Shown here in pieces: positions 42,113 through 53,300 of a DNA stretch of 64,000 nt. Source of the stretch: an uncultured Verrucomicrobiae bacterium (lineage in GTDB: Bacteria > Verrucomicrobiota > Verrucomicrobiia > Limisphaerales > JAFGQR01). The stretch lies in assembly GCA_963788655.1 (NCBI GenBank), contig CAWBHS010000079.1, positions 9,411 through 73,410 on the forward strand, written 5' to 3'. Numbering within the stretch: position 1 is the first letter of the stretch; each line of letters opens with the position of its first letter. Below the pieces are notes generated by a model. The model worked only from the letters and a program-made list of their open reading frames with translations, did no database searches and was not told the DNA's origin. The position numbers and the translations under genes are program-made.

Positions 42113-44548
42113 TTACTCGTGGATTTCGTAAACGGTTCCCTCGATCACCACCTGGACATTGCGTCCAACGGCCAGCCAGGCCAGCGATTCGGGGTGCTTC
42201 TTCAACAGGCCGAAATATTCCGGCGATCCGAACTCGATCCGCACCCGTTTGGCATCCTTGGTTTGTTGGACTTCGGAATCCACCCAGTTGTCGCCATTGA
42301 GATAGAACGTGCGGCCGTGAATGAATTTGCACGGTTGGACGTTCGCATTGGAACGTCCGCCATCGTTGGCGGCATCGGTCAGAGTCGAATTGTTCCCCAA
42401 CTGAGCGGGAGCCGCTATCATATAGCCACTTCCCAGCATGGGCCGGGCAGGTTGACCGGGGGCCGGCGTTGTGGGAGCGACGGGCGCGTTCCCGTTGTAA
42501 TAAAGGGTGAGTCCTTTCCTTGCTTCATCCTGCCCGCTGGCAATCGCTGAAGGCGCTGCTTCGGCGGTTTTCAATTGCTGCATTGATCGCGCTCCGCCCA
42601 CGGCCAGGCCCCCGGACCGGTCCTGTTTGAAAGCCCGATAGCTATGGGACAGCATCGGCAAAGATTGCGGGTCATTGGGTACGGTGCGGACATTGGACGC
42701 CACACCGCGTCGGCCTTCGTCCTCGAGAATCAGGAAGGCCGTATAAGGCGTGACAATGCCATAGCGGCGCGCCAATTCGGTGACTTCGTCCTTCAGTTCG
42801 TTGCTTTCACCGCGCAAGCGAATCTCGTCGAGCAAGTACCCGACCCGGCGGGTGGCCCACAGGCGCGGAATGAATTCGTGTTCGCCGGCGTGGTCGGGAA
42901 AGTTCGCCGCGTAACCGAAATGTTTGGTTTCACCGGCCACGGAGCCTTCGATTTCAATCCGCCCCTCACCGCTCCCCGAGTATCGGCCCACGAGCACGAG
43001 TTGCTCGCCTTTGAACAAGTCCGGCACCGGCGAGGGATACCGCTTGGTAACGCGCACTCCATCGGGAAACGTCAGTTTCGGCCCCGTTAGCACCGGTTCC
43101 TTGATGCGCGTGAAGAAGCTCGAAACTTTCACTTCGATGTCTTCGTCCGGCAGTACGTATTGGCTGAAGGCATGCGTGTCCTCGGTGATGCGGTCCAGTA
43201 AATGAGTATTCACATCCGTGCCCAGGCCGAAGCAGAAAATGCGCGCCAGTTCCTTGGCCTTGCGGGTGACATTATCGACAATCTGGTTTTCCTCTGTATT
43301 GCCCACCGTCGGCCGACCGTCCGTCAGGAAGATCACCACGTAGGGTCGGTCGCTGTTTTCCGGACGGAGTGTCAGGGCTTTGCGCAAGGCGTCGTCAATG
43401 GCGGTTCCCCCAATGGGTTTAAGGCCCTGGATGAATTTCTCCGCCTGAGTGCAGTTTGCCTTCGTGGCTCCGACCAATTTGTCGAACAGTGGTTCGACTT
43501 CGGTCGAAAAGCGCAGCACTTCGAATCGATCGTTGTCGTTCAAATTGGCCACGCAAAACCGCAACGCTTTCCGGGCCTGATCGAGTTTGGCCCCAGCCAT
43601 CGAACCGGAGGTGTCCAGGACAAACGTCACGTCTTTCGGGATAACCTTGGTGGTTTTGGATTCCGCGCCCGGCGAAGCCAGCAACAGGAAATAGCCGTCT
43701 TCATCCGCTTGCTTGCTGGTCAACAGGCTCAGGCCAAATTCCCCTTCCTCCTGGGTGTAGAAGAGTTGAAAGTCGCGGTCAGGTTTCAAGTGGTCGGCTT
43801 CGAAACCTACGATGGCCCGATGCTCGCCGTCCCGTTTCACTTCGATTTTGTGCGTCGGTGAGTAGATGGATTTGAGCGGCCGCTTCGAGTTCAATTCGAC
43901 CTTTACGCTCACGGTCCGGAGAGGTTTGGCCGAAAACTTCTCGGTGTTCAGCGGCAATACATAATTCAATAGGCCGGCATCGGATTTGAGCAGGTGGGTG
44001 TAGGCCAGCGTGATGCGTTTGCGGCTGTTGGGTTCGATGGGAAAAATGCGCGCCTTGAACAAATCCCGACCGGCGTATTCCAGCAACGCCGGATCGCGTA
44101 GCTTGCGCACGATGTTCTCGTAAGTGTTCCGCGCCTTGTCCGCCGTCAATAGTTCGGCTTCGACCTGCCGGCCGTTGATTTCCATGGTGAACTTATCGAG
44201 GTGCGCCCCCTTGGGCACCGGAAACAGGAACGTGCCCTCAAGTTGCCGGGCGTTGGGATTGTAAAACTCCTCTTCAATAAACGTGTGGGCCACCTGGTCT
44301 TGAATCTTCACGTCCGCCTTAACAAACGAGACTTCCAATGGCGCCCAAACCCGTGGTCGGGGCGGACGTGGTGGCGGGATGGGCCGGGGCGGCGGGATGG
44401 GGCGCGGCGGATGCGGATACGGTGGAATGGGAACGATGTCCGGCGGTTGCTGCCAGAATCCTTCATCGTGAACGATTATCAGGCCGGCGGCCCGCGAATG
44501 ACCAATGGCCGCCGCCAAAACCAGCAAAAGGCAAAGCACACGTTTCAT
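42113..44548 (-). CDS. Secreted VIT + VWA domain protein (ITIH-like)
   Basis: Signal peptide, Pro-rich linker, F.NP...LEG.FLFP.P, DPALLEY, DTSGSM, LTDG, LWA.RRV, IVTPYT. Confidence 0.9.
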   Translation of the reverse strand: MKRVLCLLLVLAAAIGHSRAAGLIIVHDEGFWQQPPDIVPIPPYPHPPRPIPPPRPIPPPRPPRPRVWAPLEVSFVKADVKIQDQVAHTFIEEEFYNPNARQLEGTFLFPVPKGAHLDKFTMEINGRQVEAELLTADKARNTYENIVRKLRDPALLEYAGRDLFKARIFPIEPNSRKRITLAYTHLLKSDAGLLNYVLPLNTEKFSAKPLRTVSVKVELNSKRPLKSIYSPTHKIEVKRDGEHRAIVGFEADHLKPDRDFQLFYTQEEGEFGLSLLTSKQADEDGYFLLLASPGAESKTTKVIPKDVTFVLDTSGSMAGAKLDQARKALRFCVANLNDNDRFEVLRFSTEVEPLFDKLVGATKANCTQAEKFIQGLKPIGGTAIDDALRKALTLRPENSDRPYVVIFLTDGRPTVGNTEENQIVDNVTRKAKELARIFCFGLGTDVNTHLLDRITEDTHAFSQYVLPDEDIEVKVSSFFTRIKEPVLTGPKLTFPDGVRVTKRYPSPVPDLFKGEQLVLVGRYSGSGEGRIEIEGSVAGETKHFGYAANFPDHAGEHEFIPRLWATRRVGYLLDEIRLRGESNELKDEVTELARRYGIVTPYTAFLILEDEGRRGVASNVRTVPNDPQSLPMLSHSYRAFKQDRSGGLAVGGARSMQQLKTAEAAPSAIASGQDEARKGLTLYYNGNAPVAPTTPAPGQPARPMLGSGYMIAAPAQLGNNSTLTDAANDGGRSNANVQPCKFIHGRTFYLNGDNWVDSEVQQTKDAKRVRIEFGSPEYFGLLKKHPESLAWLAVGRNVQVVIEGTVYEIHE

Positions 44549-44613
44549 ACTCCCCGTTAGACGGCGGCCCGCCGGCAATGCTCCGGGAAAACAAGTGCCG
44601 AGCGTGCTTTACC

Positions 44614-44832
44614 GTAGGACAGCCGTCCCGGCTGTCTCGAAAGAGCAAGAACCGCTCGTGAGGCATTGGACGCACTACTTAAGATTAAGCGTGTTCGAGA
44701 CATTCGGGACAGGCGAGACGCTTGTCTGTGGGGCTGGTGCTGACGCGATAGCGTCTTGGAGTGCGGCAGTCCTCTGCCGCTTTCGAACGCACAGTCGCCT
44801 CGTAAAAGCGGTAGAGGACTGCCGCACTCTAA
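44614..44832. repeat. REP-like cluster with two inverted pairs
   Basis: gtaggacagccgtcccggctgtc with gacaggcgagacgcttgtc; ttggagtgcggcagtcctctgccgcttt (44756-44783) inverted with 44805-44832. Confidence 0.8.
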
Positions 44833-45017
44833 AACCTGACGGCCACTCGGCCGGCGAGAGGATGGTGCCGGGACATCCGGGACATAAAAGACGCCAGTCC
44901 TTCGTTTTAAGTGCGTGAGCGTTTACCGCTGAAGTGGTCAAAATTAATGGCGCCCTCTGTGGGCAACGAAATGTTAGCGAATTTGATGTCGCCACCAACA
45001 TCAACCAAGTTTTGATT

Positions 45018-45778
45018 ATGAAAACACGATTCTTGCCCGTGATGGCGATTCTAACCGGCACGGCCGTCATTCTAATTAGCCTGTTGGCACTGCGTCCCAA
45101 AATTCAGGGTCTGATTACGGAGCGCGACCAGTTCCATCGCGAACGCGATGTGCAACAAAGCGTCCGTCTCGAAGTCGAACGAACGCTGGCCCAGACTCGA
45201 ACCGATCTTGATCGCTTGAACCGAAAATTCGATGCCCTTCAAGCTGACTTCGTGCAAACCAGCAACCATTTGACCGGCGCCCATGCCGATGTGGCGGCGC
45301 TCCAGACAAAACTCGACGCATCCCTTATGCATTCCCGCCAGCTCGAACAGCGATTGGCCCGCTGGACGGCCACCGGCATGACCGTCGAAGACGTGCTCGC
45401 CGCACGCGCACAGATAACGAACATGCAGAAAAACCACGAGAGCTTGCTGGCACAATTCAAATCCCGGAAGCCGAACTGGAGCGATACCATTTGCGCTTCG
45501 GTCCCTTCACTCCGCCGCCCCTCGCCCTGCGCGGTCATGTGTTGTCCGTGGATCCGAAATGGAAATTTGTGGTGCTGGATCTCGGCCAGGCGCAAAAAAC
45601 CAAACCCACCTGGAAACTGCTCGTGTCCCGTGGCGGACAGTTGGTGGCCAAGGTGGAAATTGTCGCCGTGGAAGGCGAACGAAGCGTGGCCAACATCATT
45701 CCCGGCTGGCAGTTTGGTGAGATCCGGGAAGGGGACGTGGTGTTGCCGGCTGCGCCGAGGCTAGCCTTGGCGCCGTGA
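45018..45778 (+). CDS. Membrane-anchored coiled-coil protein with C-terminal beta domain (one apparent -1 indel near 45465)
   Basis: N-terminal TM, heptad region, then LRGHVLSVDPKWKFVVLDLG...SVANIIPGW in a shifted frame. Confidence 0.65.
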
Positions 45779-45793
45779 GGGATGCTGTCTGCA

Positions 45794-45870
45794 GTCACTG
45801 ATCACTGGTCACTGGTCACTGGTCACTGGTCACTGGTCACTGGTCACTGGTCACTGGTCACTGGTCATTA
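45794..45870. repeat. Tandem heptamer (GTCACTG)x11
   Basis: Nine perfect and two variant units between convergent stops. Confidence 0.95.
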
Positions 45871-45874
45871 GCCT

Positions 45875-46198
45875 TTAGCGCAGCCAGTCGTCGCGTCCCT
45901 CCAGAAAGAAGTTGACGGCATACTCGTTGGACGCCTCGAACACTCCCATCCGGCGGCCATCATTCCGGCACGCCAGAATGTTGACGCCATTTCGATGAGT
46001 AAACTTGTTCAGCAGCAGCCAGGAGCCATCGGCAAACGTGCAGCGCACGGCACCATCCTTTTCGCGGCGCCGCTGGACAATCCGGCTGTTCGCGAACTCC
46101 GCATCCATCAACCGATCCAACTCGTCCACCTTGATCTGGCAGTCCAAGACCGTAAACCGCGCCGCTTCACAGTCGGGACAAGTTCGAGGCGCATCCAC
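45875..46198 (-). CDS. Hypothetical protein with N-terminal CxxC
   Basis: 107-aa ORF converging on the heptamer tract. Confidence 0.5.
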   Translation of the reverse strand: MDAPRTCPDCEAARFTVLDCQIKVDELDRLMDAEFANSRIVQRRREKDGAVRCTFADGSWLLLNKFTHRNGVNILACRNDGRRMGVFEASNEYAVNFFLEGRDDWLR

Positions 46199-46695
46199 TG
46201 GCGAAACTTAACAACGCCGAGACAACGAGGGCCTTAGCAATGGAAGTCCCATCGAAAATGAATCCGGTGAATGCGTTATAGCTGAAGTCCGTTGATGAAT
46301 TCCCACTGTCCGACGCTCGTTTCTTCATGGCGGCGAACTGTTACCCAATCAGAGTGTTTTGTCGAGCATTTGCGGAAGAACATGCGCTGGCCTCTTACCA
46401 CAGAAGCGGCCGTCTTTGACCCGTACCCACCAGCAGTTCTCACCTCATGCCGATTTGATCGTCCCAACTTTGAAGCGTGGAAGTTGTCCCCTGCACAGAT
46501 GAAAACATCCGCGTTCCGAGATGCCAGTTCGCAGCTTTCTGTGGTCCGAATTTCCTGCTGCGTTGTATTCGCCGCTCATGAAGGCGCACGGTCGGTCGAG
46601 GAAGAGTTGGATCTGCTTTTGACCATTGCCCGGCAATGTGGTTTAATTAATTTAAGCAGAGAAACCGGCAGTTCTTGGTGTACAACACTTTAAAC

Positions 46696-49600
46696 ATGCC
46701 TCAGGGTGGATCGGCCCACCGCTGGAGAGGGACACCTCATAAATTGTTTGTGTGGGTGAGCGCCTTCGTGCTGGGAATCGCGGCGGGACGCGCTCCTGGC
46801 CAACCAGTGATCAACGAGATTCTAATCAATCCTCCCGGGGGGGATGCGCCCAATGAATATATCGAGTTGCGGGGCACTCCCAATTATGTATTCCCATCCG
46901 GCAGTTACCTGGTGGTTCTGGAAGGTGATACCAACAGCAATCCTGGCGCGATTGACGATATCTTCGAGCTGTCCGGCAAAGCGATCGGCGGCAATGGCTT
47001 TCTGGTACTGTTGCAGAAGGGCAACATCTTTTCGCCCAATGCGAATGCCGCCGTCTATGCCAACCACGGCAGCGGGGACGGCTGGGGCGATGCCTCGTCG
47101 AGTTCGATTGGACATCTGGGAAATACGGAATTGGAAAATGGCTCGCAAACCTTCCTGCTGATTCAAACCACCAACCACCCTGCGCTCGGTGAGGACATGG
47201 ATGCCAACGACGATGGCCTTCCTGACCATCCCGAATATGCCAGTTGGATAATCGTCGATTCGATCGGCGTGATGGATCTGGATGCGGACATCGTCTATGG
47301 CGCGATTAATTTCTGCGGCAATACCAACGGCCTGGCAACCGGAACAGTGGTCAACGTGCCGTTCGAACCGCGATACGTGGGGCGCACGGGCAACACCATC
47401 GGGTCTGGACCATCGGATTGGGTGGTGAGCGGAGATGTCAATGTCGATCCCCTGGTTAATGTGATCGCGCCGTATTTGGTCTTGGGAAATGTCGCGGAAA
47501 CCGTACCGAGCAGCTTTCAGCACCGCGCCTTGAATCATCTGGGCGCGCCAAATTTTGGCGCTCCGGCCTTTCCCGGAGTGGCGGTTACCGAAAGCAACGG
47601 CAGCACGACCGTGGGGGAAGGCACCGGCACGGATTCTTATACGGTTCAACTGAACACGGTGCCCAACGGTAATGTCACCATCGAAATACACTCAGTCGAG
47701 CCGGTGCAAATCAGCACCGACGGCGGCAGCACCTTCGGCTATACCCGAACGGTGACGCTGGCGAACACCACCCCGCGCACGGTGACCGTGCGGGCCCTCG
47801 ACGATAATGTCATCGACACTTCGCCCAATCGGCGGCCGATTACGCACACGATCATCAACAGCGGCGATTCAGTGAATTATCCGGTTACTGCGCTAACGCC
47901 CATCGTGAACGTCCAGGTGGGGGAAAACGACTGGTTGGTGCTGAACGAATTGAAGGTGAATCCGCCGGGAATCAGACGACGCGCCATTCGAGTACATTGA
48001 ACTGCGCGGTCCGCCCAACGCTTTGCTGAAGAATATCGAAGTGCTGGTAATCGACGGCGACGTGAACGGCGATCCGGGACATGCGGACGTAGTCGTGGAC
48101 CTGGACCAGGTGGCGCTCGGAGGCAGTGGTTTGCTGGTCATTGCCGCGCCGGTTAATCCTTACCAGATACCTGACGGCACCACCATTTTCCTCGCATCCC
48201 AATTGGGACAGCAAGGCGGTGGACTGGATAATGGCACCACGTCCTTCCTGCTCATTTCCACACCGACGCGCGTGATCGAAGGCACCGATCTGGATGCAGG
48301 CAACAATGGCAAGTTGGAAGGGCTGCCCGAGGGAGCCACCATCCTGGATGCCGTTGGTTGGAGTGATGGCAACACGAATGATCTCGTATTCGGGGGCGTG
48401 GTGCTGACCCAGGCCTCGGGAACGCCGGATGCGGCCACGCGGTTCACGTTCGACCTGACGCCGAGCGATGCCAGTGCGTGGTTCAACGGCGATTTGGCTG
48501 GGGAAACGGGTGACTCGGTGATTTACGACAGCAGCATGGTAAGCAGTAATTTCCCCTTCGGCGCGATCCTGACGCCGGGCATTTTTGCCAACTCGCCGCC
48601 GAGCATCACGCCCCTGGCGCCTTACTCGAACGTCATCGGCGATCCCTCGGATCAAGGAGTCACCTTCTGGGTCAACGACGCCGAAACAGCGCCGGATCGT
48701 TTGCTCGTGACCGCCACCAGCAGCGATTCCGCCGTGGTGCCGAACAACCATTTACTGATCACACCGGGCGGCGGCGGCCAACGCACGCTGCATCTCGACC
48801 CGGTGGGCGTGGGTTACGCGACGATCACGTTCACGGTGGACGATGGCGATGAGATTGCCCAAATCACCATGGACTATGCGGCTTCGGCCATGGGCCGGCC
48901 CGGCGGGATTTTCCCCACGGGAATGAGCGATGCCTCAAGCGCCCTGGCCCTGGATGCCGATACCATGTTAGTGGGTGACGATGAAAGTCAGACCATCCGT
49001 TTGTACCGCCGTGATCGATCGGGAGGACCGCTCCTGGGATTCGATCTCAATCCCTTTTTGCATCTGACTGATCTGTACGACGACGGCCGTCCGCGGGAAG
49101 TGGACATCGAAGGCAGCACCCGCGTGGGCAACCGCATTTACTGGATGGGGGCCCATTCCCATGCCCGCAATTCCGAATCCCGCACCAACCGCGGACGTAT
49201 TTTCGCCACCGATTTGTCCGGCTCGGGCACCAACATCACCCTCGACTTCATCGGGCATTACAACTTCCTCAAGTTGGACCTGATCGCCTGGGACGCCAGC
49301 AATCAGCACGGCAAGGGAGCGGACTACTATGGTCTGGCGGCCAGTGGCGCCGAAGGGATTGATCCGAAAGCCCCTGATGGTTCTGGGTTCAACCTGGAAG
49401 GGCTGTGCATGGCCCCTGGCAGCAGCACCACGGCTTATCTTGGCTTTCGCGCTCCTTTGATCCCGCCGACCAACCGGTCCAAGGCGCTGATCATCACCCT
49501 CACGAATTTCAACTCGCTGGCCATCAGCTACGGCGGGCTGGGTTCCGCACAATTTGGTGCGCCCATTGAACTGGACCTCAATGGCCATGGCATACGGAGC

Positions 49601-50152
49601 CTCGAGGGAAATTCAAATGGGTTCATGATCGTCGCTGGTCCGCCCGACCTCGCCACCGAGGATCCGCCCAAGAATTTTGAATTATACACCTGGACCGGCC
49701 ACCCGGAAGACCCGCCGCAATTGCGGGCGGCCAACCTGTCCGGCATGATCCCGGAGGGCATTGTCGAATTGCCGCCTCCGCCCTGGACGGACACCACGCA
49801 GGTGCAACTGGTCAGTGACAACGGGATCACAGTTTACTACGACGATAACAAACAGGCGAAGGTGCTGGCCGAACCCAACTTCAAGAAGTTCCGCACCGAC
49901 TGGGTGACGCTGGGGCCGGTGGTGGTGCCGCCGCCGGTCATCCAAACCATTATTCCCGATGGCGACGACTTGCTTTTGACCTGGAAGGCCATCATCGGCC
50001 ACACCTACAAGGTGCAGTATAAAATGGACATGAGTGCCCCGAACTGGCTCGACGTTAACGGAACCGTCACCGCCACCGATACGTTCGCCAGCGCCCGGTT
50101 GGCCTTGGAACACGCTGGCCAGCGGTTTTACCGGGTGGTCTGCCTGCCGTGA
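46696..50152 (+). CDS. Large secreted protein: two lamin-tail-like domains, Calx-beta/Ig-like region, DUF3616-like propeller, C-terminal 'FYRV' domain (+1 indel near 47970)
   Basis: Signal peptide; INE...NPPG..P.EYIELRG twice; VGDDE, DIEG, NLEGL, GFRAP, GIRSLE, SDNG; span is 3n+1. Confidence 0.8.
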
Positions 50153-50304
50153 TCGATTGACAGGTTCCAGGATTGAATTGACTTTGGACTTGGAAACGCA
50201 ACAGAGTATCCTCACTAAACAGAAGCCTAACGCCGGAAGCGTCAACCCCATCCAATGAGACCGTTAACAAGCAGTAACATTCGTGCAAGAACAACGATCC
50301 ATCA

Positions 50305-53300
50305 ATGAGTAGCATAAAACGAATGCGACGCCGGATAGCGGGGACCGCGGCATTCTGGTTGGCGTTTTGGGGAATCGGGATGGGCTGGCTGCCGGCAGCC
50401 AAAGTGCCCGAGCCATCTCCCTTGCCTAATTTCGACCGGCGGATGGAAGAAGCACCGGCAACCCCGTTGCTCGCAGCTCGAACGGCCGCCTTGGCTCGCC
50501 TGCGGAAGCAGGTGCCCGAGATAGAAATTAGTGAGGATGCCCTGCAACAGGCCCCGGCATGGGTGCATGCTCGCCACGGATTTCTCAGCGGCCCGAACGG
50601 CCAGGGACGCGCCATTTCCGAAGCGGCCCAACGGGCCCTCCCGGCCAATGACTCCCAACGCCCACTCAAAGCGTTCTTGAATGATCATCCCAACGTGTTT
50701 GGACATGATGCCCGCGCGCTGAACCAAGCCCGGATGACACGCAATTATGTCACGCGGCACAACGGATTGCGCACGGTTGTATGGCAGCAACGAATCGATG
50801 ACATCCCGGTCTTCGGCGGATTACTGGTGGGCCACATCACCCGTAAGGGCGAATTGGTGAGTGTGACAAGCCACTTTGTGCCCGACCCGGATGCAGCTAT
50901 TCAGCGGGCGCGACCGCGTCGTGTCGGCGGCCAACCTCGTCCGGACTTGTCCGCGGCCGAAGCCATTGTTCAGGCAGCAAAAAATCTCGGCGAAGAATTG
51001 CGCGTCGAGCAAATCACCCCGCTGCCCAATTCGTCCGATGGCGATCCCGGCGAGCAACGCTTTGTCGCTCCGGGATTGCTGGGTGAAACGTACGCCCGTC
51101 TGGTTTGGTTACCCCTGAATCGCCGGGACGTGCGGCTAAGCTGGGAAGTGACTTTGAAAAGCGCGCGGTTGAACCGCTTGTTCCGCCTGGTGATTGACGC
51201 CGAAACGGGCGAAGTCATGGTCCGGCACAATTTGACATTCGATCTGAGCGACGCCACCTATCGCGTTTTTACCAGCGACAGTCCCACGCCCATGTCGCCG
51301 GGATTCGATGAGCCCGTCACCAACCAACCGCCGCTGGTGGAGCACGCGCTGATGACCTTGTCCGCCCTGGATACGAACGCCTCACCGCTGGGCTGGATTT
51401 CCGATGGCGTCAACGAAACGCGCGGCAACAACGTCGATGCCCATTTGGATCGCGATTACAACGACCTGCCGGACCTTCCGCGTCTCCAGGGCTCGCCGGC
51501 GCGCGTCTTCGATTTTCCGTTGGACTTGACCCAGTCGCCGTCCGTCAACCGTCAGGCTGCGGTGGTGCAGGTGTTTTACTGGTGCAACTGGATGCACGAC
51601 AAACTCTACCAACTCGGCTTCACCGAGGAGGCCGGCAATTTTCAAGAGAACAACTTCGGTCGCGGTGGCACGGGCGGGGACGCCGTGCAGGCGGATGTGC
51701 AGGATGGTTGGACGTACAACGGTTCCAACTTCGACGCGCAAGAGGAAGGACACCCGGGCCGGATGCAGATTGGCATCTTCACCGGGGCCGATCCGGACCG
51801 GGATGCGGCGTTCGACGCCGAAGTGGTACTACACGAATACACTCACGGTCTGACGGGGCGATTGGTGGGCGGTGGTAACGGGCTGAATACGAAGCAGGGC
51901 CAAGGAATGGCGGAAGGCTGGTCGGACTTTTACGCACTGGCACTGTTGAGTGAACCTGACGATAACATCGATGGCGTATATGCCATGGGCGCTTATGTGG
52001 CTTACCGCGGGGCGGCCTTCAACCAAAATTACTATTTTGGTTACCGGCGTTACCCTTATTCCACCGACATTCTCAAGAATCCACTCACGTTCAAAGACAT
52101 TGATGACTCGCAAGCCAGCAGTCACCCGGGCATCCCGCGGAGTTCAGGAATTGACTATCCACCCAGTTACATTTACAGCCTGGGAGAATTCTGGTGTGTG
52201 ACGCTGTGGGATATGCGCGCCAACCTCATCCACAAGTACGGCTTCGCCACCGGCAATCAACTGGCCCTGCAACTCGTCACCGACGCGCTGAAACTCACTC
52301 CGGCCAATCCCACCTTTATTGACGCGCGCCAAGCAATCCTGGATGCCGATCAAGTCAATGGCAACGAGAACTTTTACGAGCTATGGGCGGCCTTTGCCAA
52401 ACGCGGGATGGGCCACAGCGCCGTGTGCCCTCGCAGCACCACCACCACGGGCGTGCAAGAGGCGTTTGACATTCCGGACGACCTGGCCATCACTCCGCTG
52501 ATGGGATTCGTTGCCACCGGCCCGGTGGAGGGTCCCTTCGGCCCATCGACACAGACTTATACGCTGGCCAATGTGAGCACGAACGACGTGGAATGGACCG
52601 CCTCGCACGCCAGCTCCTGGCTGTCGCTCTCGCTCACCAATGGTTCGCTGCCGGCTGGAGCGCCCGCTACCTCGGTATCCATTACCCTGAATGAAGCCGC
52701 CTACGCCCTGCCGGCGGGCATTTACTCCGACACCGTGTGGTTTACCAATCTGACGACGGCCGCGGGCCAAATGCTGCCTTTCATCTTGCGGGTTGGGCAG
52801 CCCGATTACTTCACGGAAATCTTTGAAGCCAACGACAACGATCTGGATTACTCGACCTTCACCTTCATGCCCGACGGCTCGGCAAGCTATTACGCGGTGT
52901 GTCGGGAAGTGGCGACCAATTTCCCGACTGATCCTTTTGGCGGAATCCCCGTGAACCTCAAGGACGACAGCAATGCGGCCATCACCGTTACGGGTGGTAA
53001 TCAGGTGTCGTTGTATGGCGTCAACTCCACGAACTTTTTCATTGGCAGCAACGGCTATATCACCTTTGGACAAGGTGATAATGAAGTCGGCCAGTCGCTG
53101 GATGCGCATTTCAAGCTGCCGCGCATTTCCGGCTTGTTCCTCGATTTGAATCCGGAAGCGGGCGGCACGGTCACTTGGAACCAACTCAGCAATCGGGTGG
53201 TGGTCACGTTTCAGGCGGTCCCCAAATACCAGGAAACCAACGGCAACAGTTTCCAAATCGAACTGTTTTTCGACGGCACCATTCGCCTGACCTATTTGAA

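Noticed and set aside
45794..45870. CRISPR array
   Set aside because: Pure 7-bp tandem repeat with no spacers and no cas genes.
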